A program made the translations under genes and the position numbers. The notes under the pieces are model-generated. The model made no database searches. It worked only from the letters and a program-made list of their open reading frames with translations, and had not been told where the DNA came from. A DNA stretch of 64,000 bases from Kudoa neothunni (Eukaryota > Animalia > Cnidaria): NCBI GenBank assembly GCA_964304625.1, contig OZ199840.1, forward strand, positions 9,222,882 to 9,286,881, read 5' to 3'. This document shows, in pieces, positions 13,838-31,600 of the stretch. Each line of letters starts with the position of its first letter. Positions within the stretch are counted from its first letter, which is position 1.

Positions 13838-14460
13838 TTTCCCTTATTACGTTGAGATTTAAACCAATATAGAATGATGTTTGTTTTACTTTTTCTACAT
13901 ATAAACATTTTTTTGACTTTCTTCTTACGCAAAACATAATAAAATTTTATCTCCGCGTCTCACAAATAAATTTGCACAGTCGAGTGGTAGTTGCATTATA
14001 AAGAGTAAATATTAATATTTCAGAGCGGCTGTTCCCTCGCCTTTTTTATTAGTATACCTTTAAAAATAAAATCCATTATTTTATATTCAATTAATTCAAT
14101 TAGTTCGATTAATTTAATTATTCAATAAAAAATAATATAATACTTTTTTGGGGTCAAATAGTATAGAAATATTTGCGCCTATAAGTATTTAAAAATTATT
14201 GTGATCAGCAAAATTGTATCTATGTATTAACGATTTTGTGTCACGTAACCAACGATGAATAATCAATCTTAAGTCAATGTAATATTTTTCCTACCGATCG
14301 AAAAGGATTAATAAATAGGTATATTTACAATAACAGTGTTAAATATTTTTTGATTTAATTATTCGAGTAAGTATAACCAGTGTTCAAAATAAAAAACTAC
14401 TGGTTTAGATATTCAAAATTTTTTTGTTTATTTCTCTCACTATAGCATTATAGCATATTG

Positions 14461-14800
14461 CATGGGTCTCCAAACTTTTTTTTCGTTGACCCCTTTCAGA
14501 GATTTTATTAAAAAATATGTGCAATATATCCCATTAATATTTTATTGTCAACCTGATACAGTCAAAAACGGTTATTGCGCAGTTTTAGGGGGACGGCAAA
14601 AAGGTACACAATTATTTTCTTTAAAACGAATTAACATTTTGTTTGGAAAATTGTTATAAAAGTACATTCCTATGTATATTTTAATATTTTACAATTTTAG
14701 ATATCCTACCTATGACTTGGTAGGAGTCATTCAATCCATTTGGATTTGGGTCTAAGTTAAAATGTTCAGCTTATTTCTGAGATAACATTTCACAGTTTTC
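14461..14800 (-). mobile_element. hAT transposon relic (terminus plus C-terminal fragment)
   Basis: CATGGGTCTCCAAACTTTTTTT terminus typical of Charlie/Buster hATs; minus-strand RNKLN fragment resembles the hAT dimerisation tail; far end not located. Confidence 0.45.
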
Positions 14801-15095
14801 TACGCCGTTTAATACATACGCGAGGTGGTGATTTGCATCATATTGAGAATTTTCAATTCAAATAAATGGATTGTTCTAATAAGAATAAAAACCATATTCT
14901 ATAATTTCACATGTTTTGCATGATCCAACTGATTAATAATGATACAACCACTTTGTTGGATTTATTAAAACTTTAAAAATCGATAATCAAAGGCTAAGCT
15001 TGATAGTTTTATGTATTTGGAAAACTGTTCCTTCCGAATTAATTATCGATAAATTTTTCTTCTAAATCTAACCTTGCCAATTCAATTATAAACAG

Positions 15096-15211
15096 ATTTG
15101 GATTTGGATTTAACAAGGTTTAGTTGGGAAAGCGAAAGCAAGATCAAGAGCAAGAGCAAAGGCAAAGATACACGTAAGAAGCACGGCATATATGGGTGCG
15201 CGAGTATTTAG
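15096..15211 (+). CDS. Candidate terminal exon encoding a polybasic CaaX tail (DLDLDLTRFSWESESKIKSKSKGKDTRKKHGIYGCASI*)
   Basis: CTAAC branch point at 15068, CAG acceptor at 15095, open frame to TAG 15209-15211, AATAAA immediately after. Confidence 0.4.
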
Positions 15212-16915
15212 AATAAAGTTGTTATTTTAAGTTTAATTTAATTTTAAAATTTATTATTTCCTCTGATTTAATCGTTTACCCTTTATATTCATTTTAATTT
15301 TTTTAACAATGATGCAATTAGGTATTATCGCGGTTGAAGAAGATTATAAAATATTTATATAAAAAACGGTTTGAAAATGTTAGTTAATAATTGTGACGTA
15401 AAAGAATGATAATTAAATCCGAAACATGCAATTTATTCCAATATATTATTCGTTTTTAATGCTGATCATTTATAATTATAAGCATTTTTCGGTATTTAAA
15501 AACAATTTTAATTACAATACTAAAATTTTTACAATTAAACACAATTTTCAATAATTAATAATGATGTTTTAGTTTTTAAATTTTCTTGGTAGTTTTCTCT
15601 TGTTAAATTTAAAAGGTATTTAATTAATAATGGAAGATATTTGCCATTTTATTTTTAAACCGTTGTTTCCCACAGAATAATAATATATATTTATATGTCA
15701 TTTATCATAAAAATATACCAACTATAATGAATTTATTTAAAAGAGGTTGAACAGAAATATTTAACTTTTTCCAAATTACTTGTTTCATCATAATGACCAA
15801 ATAATCTACCTCGAGTACAATGTCTAAATAAATTGTTTAGATTATTTGCCTCCCGTAAACAATAAACAATGGTGCACAAACTTTCTGAGTCGGGACAAAA
15901 ATAACGTTTAGAGTAACATTTTAACGGGATTTAAATAATTCTGGAATGCAAATAAATACAACATTGACAATTAATTATTTAGCGTTGATGCTGGGCCCCC
16001 AAATTTTTAAATGAACGCCGGGATTGGTACACTCCTTCACAGAAATGATCATAATTTAAATTTCGCTGATCCAAATCGTTGAAAGTATGTCACTTAAAAA
16101 GTTTTAGTTATTCTGCATCCATAGGTTAACTTGAAACGTCAATGTATTTTCTGAATATTATTAAGAAACGAATCTATGCGAAATCTTCCCCAAGTAACGC
16201 TGACCAGTTCCCGCTAATATATAATAAAATTATATTAATCCCTCAAAAAATTTTTATTAACGATGTAACATCGAAATATATCAGAAAAAATTGTTGAAAT
16301 TTATAGATTAAAACTAAATATATATAGAAAAGTTAATAAGAGTATGTTCCTTAGCTTAGGGGGTGTTTGAAAAGTATTTGAAATGTCCGCAGGGGTTCAA
16401 ACGACATTTTCGGATCATTATATTTATTTTCGTGGCTGTTGTAATTACGATTCAAATCAATTTTAAAAATTAAACATTCTTTTTAGTCGATTATAAACTA
16501 TTGTTATTGTTCTATAAATTTTTAATAACAATGAGTATTGTTGATCATTAATATTTAAGAAAATTAAAAGAAACATATTCACCAGTTTCTATGAGCTACA
16601 ATGTATCTTTACAGTATAAAATAAAAAACATTGAATTACGTAACTAGGAAAGGTGGCGATTGATTTTAATTTAAAAATAAAAAACATATGTCATGGGGAA
16701 GTATTAATTAATATAATTAAATAATGTAGTATGGAATAGGAAGATGGGAAGCCTTACCTTTAAAGCCCATAAAATTTAATGGAATCTCTATAACACGTAT
16801 CGACCCCCTAAAAGTTCTCATCGAACGCTTTAGAGACACCTGGGCCTAAACTCTGAAGCATACACAAAATATAAATGGATTGTTGGTATGTTATCATACA
16901 AGAACTCATTCTGAT

Positions 16916-18330
16916 CTATGTTAGAAATACTATAATAAAGCTAGCATTATCTTTTCCGCGTTTTTTCTGGATGTAATTGGAAATATTTCCAACAATGGAT
17001 AATCTTTCCGTCTTGATATCAGTATCATTTGTTGAAGGTTTGGGTGGATTTAGAAGTAGGACGAGTTCTTCCTCGAAAGCTACATCCCAAAAACCGTCAG
17101 TTGCAAGTAATAAAAAACTTTTCACCTCCTAAATTAGCATAAAAAATAACGATTAACAATAATATTAGTTGTACCTTTAAGATGGTTTAATTCGTAGGTC
17201 GGTAACTGGAACAGTGGGTATGTCAAAGTCACCTAATGATCGTGAAACCAACAGTGAACCGTTTTGTACGCGTTACACCACCCAAATTTTTAAAGGGACA
17301 CATTCTCATGGAAATACTGTTCAAGTAAGCGTTGTTCTGATTGATCACTTACCTGATGAAGATTAGTGTTGATTTTGTGAAATTGACATTGGTCGTCGAT
17401 TATCACCGCCTGAGAATCGCCTCTCCAAGCAGTGCACACGAACTCTTTGTATTTTATAATTATTGTTATTGTGCTTCCTGAATGGATTTTCTAGATTAGT
17501 TATTTTACTAAGCGATCAATAAAGCAATATACTGTATGACGTATTTCAATATTTTGATTAAGTTGATCGACCGCCATCACCAATATTTGATTGAGATTGA
17601 AATAGGGGGGATTTCCCGGATCGAAATTATCCAGCAATAATCTCATTAGAACGGTTCCCAAATGTATATAGCCGTAATTGCTGACATCGTAACCATTGTG
17701 TCCATCAAATACAGCATAAACTTGTAACTTTTCAACTTCAAAAAATTGTTCTAGATGTTCAATCTAGAAGCAATTACAATTGTTGTCTGTATGGGTGAAA
17801 ATGTTACTTTGGAATTATCTACACTTTCCAACAAATAATACTTCAAATTTGAAATTATAAGAGCTCTGTCATCTTGTGTGCGTCTTTTGTTTTTTATTAA
17901 CACAGAAAAAGCACATGTTTCATCAGGTGTTTTCTCGCTGGAGTTATTCATTGAATCATTCTCAACATGGCCATCAACCATAGATATTAATTTTTCTCTA
18001 TTCTCGTGAACAGTATGAACAAATTCATGATACATTAGGGTAGGCATCAATGTTGAATCCAGGTTTAAAGCATCTAGTAGAGTATAATAGAATTCAAGAG
18101 CTTTCTCCATAGTGTACTCTGTGGAGTTCTTCCTAGAGGAGAATTTTATTCACACCATGTAACAACTTGACTAAATAGAATTACTTGTTTGGGATATTCT
18201 CTTTATACACACAAATAACGTTTCCCAAAATCTCATCAAAATAAATCTTATTATGAGTCGCAAAATTTTCGATTATAGCATTCAAAACTTGTTCAGAAAC
18301 TGATGTGACGTCTTTAGTTTTGCGTCTCAT
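16916..18330 (-). CDS. PP2C-family protein phosphatase, PPM1E/PPM1F (CaMK phosphatase)-like
   Basis: Motifs KNKRRTQDDR, VYAVFDGHNG, SGST, TAWRGDSQA, LLVSRSLGDF, LLATDGFWDV, GKDNASFIIVFL; N-terminal extension as in PPM1E/F. Confidence 0.85.
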
Positions 18331-21180
18331 CTCCACCACTGCGACTTATAAAACTATAACTCGTAGGTTAATAGTATTTCAACGATATGCGACTCTCGTA
18401 AAAGCACAAATTTTTTAGTAATATTAATTTGTATATTGTTTTGAATTAGCAGAGATTTGTATAGAATCGTAAAATGTTGTTAATTAAGTGGCATTTAGGT
18501 CATTTTGAAATTTTTTTACTATTGTAATTTTATATCTAAAATATCACTTATAATTATTTTGTGGCTAGAGAATATCGTGTGTGCTATCATTTAGATAACA
18601 TATACGTGTTAAATATATAAAAAAACATTATTTGGATTTTTTAAGTAGATTTAACATCGTAATTCTACTTAAACATTACGAAAACTTCTAATACTAATAA
18701 ACGAATGCTAATATTCTTGTATGTTTAGGATCCAGTCGGAATTCTCTGTTTAATTGGAAACTCTTGCTTTTCGAAGCTAACTGTTATTTATTCGTTTTAT
18801 TTTAATTGGCTGTATTAATGTAAATAAAATCATCCACATTAAAGAATAAAAATTTCAATTAATTCGATTTCCTCTTACATATTTTCTGATTGTCTGATAA
18901 ATGAGCTTGCACAGCAATATTTGCGTTTATATTAACTCAAAAACAGTTTTACATAAAAGTATTTATTGTTTTATCTCTGCTGTATTTGTATAATAAATTA
19001 AAAAATCAATTTTATGATACTTTTCGTATATTTACTATTATGTATATTATCATTATTGATAATTTTATCCAAGATGCAAAAATATTCCAAGCATCATTTT
19101 ATTTTATTGAAAAAACTGTAAAAATTTCCGACTTTTAATCTTATTATTTCAGGCAACAGTAGATATCTGTCTCATTCACAAACCCTAATTTATCTTCAAG
19201 TTTGTCACATTATTTCCAAGGTTTACCATTCATTTTCTAATTTAAAATTCCATTTATTCCCAAGATATTTTTCATTAAGATTCGACTAGGTATTAATTCG
19301 ATTACCGACAATGCACGTAAGATTAATACTCCCGGCTGTATCATAAATATAAGAGGAGCTTATTGACAGTACGAAGAATAACGAAGTTAAAATTGCTGGG
19401 AATTTATTATATGCTGCATTTTAGTTGGAACTGTAATTTTTAGTTATTTTTTAGTATACTTGGGAACTGGAGAATTTTTAAATACCGCGTGAAATGTTTT
19501 ATCAAGTTTACAATATTATGTCGGAGACATGCGCGCGTTATAATTTTTTTGAGTCAAATAATTACTAGATATAACTAAAATAAACAAGGTTAATAAATTT
19601 TAATTAATTATAGGGACAATTTATCTTCAAGAAACCACCAATTACTAATCCTAATAATGGATCGGGCGGTCCCTTATGATATTTTTATCAATCTACTAAC
19701 TTTTAAATTAAATCAATTAGATGTAAAATCACAAATTAGGAATCTATGATCGTTGAGGCAAAATGTAGTAGAATTTGGTTGTTGATACTTTTCAAAATTA
19801 AACTGAATGCCAAATATTATGGAACAACAAAATTATTTATTGAGGCCATTAAACTTCGTTATTTTACGAAGCTCTTTATCTGTTTTGGTCATTACTCGAT
19901 AGCCGCTCTAATTCGTTTGATTAGGGAGAAATTTGAGACTTGAAAATTGATTTCTTTTACAGGTGTCTTTTTTGCTCTTTTTTGGTGGATTCCTTGGTTT
20001 GTGAACCATAAATTTATATAAATAATATTTTGAATCGTTACCTAATATAAACACAGAACGGAAAATTCTCATTTTTGAAAATATTCGAGTGAAATCCTTT
20101 GTATACTTGTTATTCACTCGGGGAATAACAAGTATACACATTTTTGTTCCCTTTTATTTTGATTTGCATGATCTGTTATAACTTATAAGTTAATTTGAAT
20201 TTTTGAGGAGTTGAGTCTTTTCAATCCTTGTGGTTTCTAGCCTATTGGGCCGAAATACTTCTCATTTTGAAGCTCAAGTTTGAGAAATAGTTAATCTACT
20301 GGATTCTTGTTTATTTTGAAAGCAAGTGTAGGTATCTCATTAATGTTTCCTTCCTCCCACTAGCTAGGTACAACTATGTACTAAATGGGGTCCATAATTC
20401 CAGGTGTGGTTCCAACTCCAACTAGATTAAGAATCAAAATATTTTTTATTAAATAATGAATTCTATTTTCCTTGCCAAGTAGAAAATAATCATGTTTGAA
20501 CCTCTTTTACATAGATCCATTAAGGAATTCCCCAAATTTATATGATTATTAGATGCATCACTTAAAACTAAAGTAATGGAAGTATCTTTTCTTTTCATTA
20601 TTTCGAATGTTATGTGATGAAAAGAACGCTTTCAATTTTTATTGGCATATATTCCATTACATGTTTAAGCATGTAATGGAGAAGTTTTCATTCACAGTTT
20701 AGTTTGTAGTTTGGATCTTTTTCGGATAGTTTGATTTATCTATAAATATTTCATATATTCGAAATTCTTATTCATGTCGTCAGCAAAGCTTTTTTCAATC
20801 CAAACATAGACTTATGTTCCCAAGTCAAGAAGTTTCTCATTGGTTCGTTATATGTGAGCATTAACTTTAGCCCCTATATACAAATCCTACTGGTTATATA
20901 TAAAAATCAAATCAAATATTGTATATATTGAAACAGAATTTAAGAGACCTTTTTTCGCTCAAATTAGACATTGATATCTATTTTGGAGGAAATTTCCCTT
21001 CCATCTCTTTTGCCATGTGCTATACTTACGTTTATGAATACCTCCTAGAATAATTGATATATTAAAAGCCAGATATCGAATTATTGTGAATCCGATTATA
21101 ATATTTTTCCAAATACTGTAATTTAATAATATATCAATTTTTTCATTCTCTAAGGTACACAAAAACAACTACATTCCAAT

Positions 21181-22364
21181 GAACTTGAGGTAAATTTTAC
21201 CCCAAAACCATTTGTATTGAGCATATCTTTTTATTTCATTTATGAAATTTCACCAAATTTTCTCTATTCCTGGATCTTACAATGATTTAGTTTTACAAAA
21301 CAAATTGATAATAAATAATGAAAATAAAAATTTTTATTTAAATATTATCTAACGTTTTTTGGGGTAAAATTTCCCTCAGGCTTTCATTACATCGTAAAAT
21401 GCAATGAATAATTAAATATTATCGATAAAATTATGTAGCATTTTCACCGAAATTCGCACTGTGTGTATACAAAATACAAAATAGTTCGAATTTGTTGGTG
21501 CCCATCTGTGTTTTTGTCGACCTTGACTTAATTGTAACGAATTAGTAACAAATCACTACTCAGTATTTAAAAAGTTGTTATTAAAAATATTTATGAATTA
21601 AATTTACTGGTAACGTGAGGAACAAATTAATTTTCTACAGTCGATAACCACTTTTACGTAACCCCCTTGGCCTTGGTGGTAGGGAAAAGGTGAAAATAGT
21701 CACTTAACCAGTTATATCCCGTTTGGATCGCGCGTAAACAATAATAATTTTATTTATATCACTCTTTGGATATAATTTAGGCTATAAACATTAGTGTTCT
21801 CGCAAAAACACATTCTAATCCTCATATTTATCGTCAGATCGGCCGGGATTTTGAATTTCGATAATTAACATAATTAACATATTTAACGTGAGTGATATAA
21901 AATATTTTCATTAGAATCGTTCTCACAATCAATAAGAAAAATCCCATTCAAGTTGTTCTTTGTTTGATACCGGTACGTTTCAGGTAAATACATACGAAAG
22001 GCGCGGTAAAAGGGGTTCATCAGTGTTAGTGCGTATGGTCTCGTTTACATATATTCCTTATTTTCTCAGTATTCTGCCAACAGAATTTTAACCAAACTCA
22101 ATTATTTATTTTTTAAAATTATTTAGTATCATTTAAAGCAATAAAATTTCTGGAGTCAAATTGACCCCCCCAAAACACCAAGTGTATGCTTTTCTGTGTA
22201 TCGTTGTTTATTCAACTTTTTCAACTATTTATTAAATAATTATAAAATAACGTGTGTTTTAGGCGAATACACCAGATATTACAATTGTTAAATTTTTCTA
22301 TATACATAAAAATTGTAATACAATAGGCTGTGGGGTAAAATTGATCCCAGAAACGCTCGGGAGG
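21181..22364 (-). mobile_element. Internally deleted piggyBac derivative (family B, copy 1)
   Basis: Reverse complement of 47202-48030 (e.g. GGCAGAATACTGAGAAAATAAGG block); several GGGGT-N7-ACCCC-like palindromes (21188, 21361, 22153, 22332). Confidence 0.75.
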
Positions 22365-22521
22365 CTAAACACAGCATAATTAATATTACCTTCACAAAAT
22401 TGAATAATTTAAATCTTGTTTTAAATTAAATAAATTATTCAGACCCACTTATCACATTTTAATTAGAAATAGATACATATTAATCCAAATAAAACGCCTA
22501 AAAAGTAGTCACACAAGTTTT

Positions 22522-22533
22522 CGCGCAGGCGCA
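22522..22533. promoter_or_regulatory. NRF1-like motif CGCGCAGGCGCA upstream of DHX38
   Basis: 15 nt before ATG 22549. Confidence 0.6.
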
Positions 22534-22548
22534 ACGACCAACTATCAA

Positions 22549-27334
<4,786 letters not shown>

Positions 27335-28699
27335 AACGAAATAAATATTTGTAAATGAATAGTTTATCTGTTTATATTTTATTTTAATAAGTTTTGTCAT
27401 TGCTGTATTTATTTTTTAGCTTTTTTAGTTTAATTAGAAGAATTAAACTTTTTACGTAGACAAGCTTTATGTTACATTTTTGGGTGTAAACAAGGTATAG
27501 TTTATGAAATTAATTTAAATATTTTATTATTAAAATAAAGAATATTGTTTAATATTATATTTAATTATTTATTTACAATTAGATAATTCATTTTTTATAA
27601 TAATTTAAATGCGTTTGTTTAATTTTTCGTTTATATTCCCATAAAAATTTAATAGGATCTTAGTCTATCTTTTATATTCTTTTGACGTCCCCTTGGCATA
27701 ACGTAAGAATATTCATATGTTCAATTTTGGGAGCTTCCTTTTCTTATCCCAATCGATAACAAATTTAAAGTCATATTTACTGGATTATTATTTCCTGCCT
27801 AATCATACTGTTACATTTAGGAGTTCATAATATTAACCTATGACCAATGATACGTTCTACATGAATTTGTTTAATTTTTATTTAAATACTTTTATGCAAT
27901 AACAAAATTTGAAAGTCATCAACTTTAAACTTTGGGATTAGGTGATTAGAAGTGAATACAATAATTATCATGCATTATATTTGAATATTGTCATTTGAGT
28001 TCATATAATTACTTAACAATGATCTCATAGACTCGTTTTGATGTTCATTAAACACTATAAAAACTTAGAATGAAAAAATTACTGTAACAAATTTTTTTAA
28101 TGTGTAGGTTATGCGAATAATCATACTATTGTTAATCGCGAATAGTCAGCCAAATGAATGACATCAGAAATTCATATTTTTATTTTATTGAATTAAATAA
28201 AGCCATGTTTATTTTCCTTCCATAAAAAATGTGGATTTATTGTCATAGTTTATATAAAATATTAAGATAGCCGAATCAAGTGTAGTCAATGTAATTGGTC
28301 ATTTTCAATATTTATATCTTTACAATATTATTTAATTTTAATTTCAAAAAATAAAAACTTTTTATTGAATTAATCTTTTAATGATGTTTTGTTTAAATAA
28401 ATTAATTAAATTTTACACTTTATAGCATAATTAAGTAAGATAAATGGTTATATAGAATAAAGATAAAAAATAGATATAATCTCCGTTGTAATTTTAAATA
28501 ATATTGATTTTATAATTAAAATTTTTTATTTCTATTAAACGATATTTCTTAAAAAATTCCCCCAATTCTACATATTGCTAAAACTCTCGGAGATTAATAA
28601 ACCATTCAATTTTATATACGAAGATTAAAATCTGTCAGTTATTTAATATTTCGATTGCTAAAATATACTGATTTCGTATTATTATCGCCATAAAATATT

Positions 28700-31600
28700 A
28701 TGACCAGAATATGTTATAACGGTAATCAATAAACTATGGATACGATATAGATAGATTATCATATCACCCCACAATTGTAGACACAAGAATTGCTTACAAT
28801 GCTTATTCTTTGATTCTATTGGATATGGCCGTGCTATGCGGTGGAGCAGCAGTGTTTCTGTTCTATGGATTATGCTTTTTGTATAAGTAAGTTACTTTAC
28901 AGTTGCATTTTGCCTCAAAACTATCTTTACTATCATAGAATTGTCAAATCTGAACAAAAATACTCTCGATTTGAATGGGAAATAGATCCCTGTGAGTTGT
29001 ACATTCAGGACAACAATTCGAATGAGGATGGAATCGAACAACGCTACACTCAAACTGCGTATTTTAGAGGAAACATGGTAGCAATAAAACCGATTCACGA
29101 AAAATTAGAAATTCACAAAGAGGATCTAGCTATCATTAAAAAGGTTGCACACAGCGACTTTTCTCTTTATTATTTAGCAATATTCTCCTTGTTGATATTA
29201 ATTGATAATAATTTAAATCTTAGTTATTTAATAATTTTTTTAAAGTTACCCGTGATTATTGATGAATTTACCACTTGAAATTCAAACCCCGCCAAATTAT
29301 AAACACTTTCATTTTTTAAATTTCTTCAAATTGCTTTACAACTCAATCTTTAAATGTACGTCCTATTAAATAACATAAAATAATTTAATATTAAAAAAAT
29401 TCTAATTATGATTTTCAAATTTATTTAATAATAAATCAAGTATATTTTGAATTATAATGGTAGATTGTGCATTGTATTAATTTTTATTAAATAATTTATT
29501 AAATCTAGATTAGTGTGCCTAAATCACCCAATATTATTGAGGTTGTTGGGTTTTGTGTGTTGTTCGAGCAAGTTATGATGATTACTCCCTATCAAGGCCG
29601 AGGAAGTTTGGAAGTACACTGATCAACGTAAACGCAAAAAATTTATATTAATAATTGGAATTTAGGATATGCTCACCGATGCTGACTTTAACCTCGATAA
29701 TCTGCTCAAAATTTCTCTTATGGAAAATCTTATTCATGTGGGTTGATTTGAGTGGTCAGTTTAGATAATATCTGTGAAATTATTTGTAGGCTCTCGTTTT
29801 ACGTGGGAACCTCTGATTTTGGCTACCATGGGAAACTCAAACCTTCGAATTGTCTAATTGACAATAATTGGGTTTTAAGACTATCGGGAGTTGGGTTGTG
29901 TTCCATTGCGGTTCGTTTACAAGACGAGGAGACCAACGAGTTCAGTAAATAAATTTACTTAAGATTTAATTCTTATAATAAAAATTAAACTAAAAACATT
30001 ATAATGAGAATATAATAGAATATTTTATTTAAAATAAATAAATAAATAAATAAAAATATGCATAAACTATTTTGATTCGATTAAAAATGGACATTTTAAA
30101 TTAATCTAAGATTGTTTTATTATTTTTTAAATTTAAACTATAAAAATGGTTGTCAAATAAAACTGTTTATTTAGAGTGCAATTATCTCCGATTAAAAAAA
30201 TATGCAAACAATTATTTTCTTAATCTGTTAAGCGCTATTTATCATATCATTTGGAAAAATGTCGAAAATACTAGTTTATTTGATACCAATGTCAAATATA
30301 TTTGCGCGAATTTGAAGGATTATAAATTTAAATGGATGTGGCTATTGGCCCGGTAAATAATATTCGATTGACACTAGTTTTGACTGTATTTAACTATTTT
30401 TGTCCCTTAAGAGTGGAGCGGTAGGCCAAAAATAATTAAATATAGCAGATTTTTAAAATAAAAAATCTGTAAACAGCTTGTAAGTTGGAGTTGCTGAGAT
30501 TAAAAATTCTCATTGCGCAAATGGACATGCCCTTTAGGATTAAATTTTCCTCTGCGAATTTAAATAAATGTTGTAATCTTACAACACAATAATATTTATA
30601 ACGAAAAAATTTTCTCACAACGAAGGATATAATTCTCTCTGCAAAAAATAACTCTTTAAAAATAAAATTTATTCATTTGTATATTTATGCTATAGATAAT
30701 ATAAATATTTCTTGTGTAATTATAATTATTAATTAAGTCATTAAGGTGATTGTAACGAAAAATTTATTATTTGGCATTTAAGTTTATACATTCTTAATAA
30801 ATTAAACAATTAGTAATAAAAGCAACTTTCACAGCAAAATAACATTATTACTTGAAATTATTATAATTTTTAATTAGATTTTTTGGATATTTATCCCTTA
30901 CAAAATTTAGAATAATATTATCATAGTTTTGTGGTATAAATTTGATACTTACTTTTTAAATTTGGATTTACTGGAATTGTATGCGTTTCGTTGATAAAAA
31001 TATTTTAGTAGACCCTGATTGTTTTAATATTATATAGTTACTACGTACTTTTGAATTATATCGTTAATAATAACCCGATTTAATATCATAAAACGTAATA
31101 ACGTGGTTATGGCCTCAGGTTTCTCGAAAAAAGAGATATTTTGTTATAGAGACATGATATGACGTCCTTTACACGTACATCGTTCGCATCTACTATATTG
31201 ATTTGAATTAGATTTGTGGACACTTACATAAAAACAATTATACAAGAATTTAACACCTCTTATCTGTGTTTTTTATATAATGAAATAAAATTCTTGTATG
31301 TGTTTTAATCTTCTTTAAAAAAACTAAATATTATTTTAAAATAAAAGGTAATTGCAAGCTTAATATGAAATATAACAAGCCAGCAACCCCCGTAAAAATT
31401 TAATAAACGAATAGGACGTGTACGCTGTGGCGTTTGGTGATATATAAATTCATGTCTAACTTTACATATATAATTGATTAACCATTTAATAATATTTCAC
31501 CCAATTATATATTCTATTGAATTTTTTTATAAACTTTGAAATATATTCAATTAATTCATATCATTAAATCTTTTAGATATTGGTTTTAAATAATGCATGC

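Noticed and set aside
18720-21170. Exon-like or TE-like fragments between the PP2C gene and the family B element
   Set aside because: Short open segments with stops and no recognisable motif; no call can be supported
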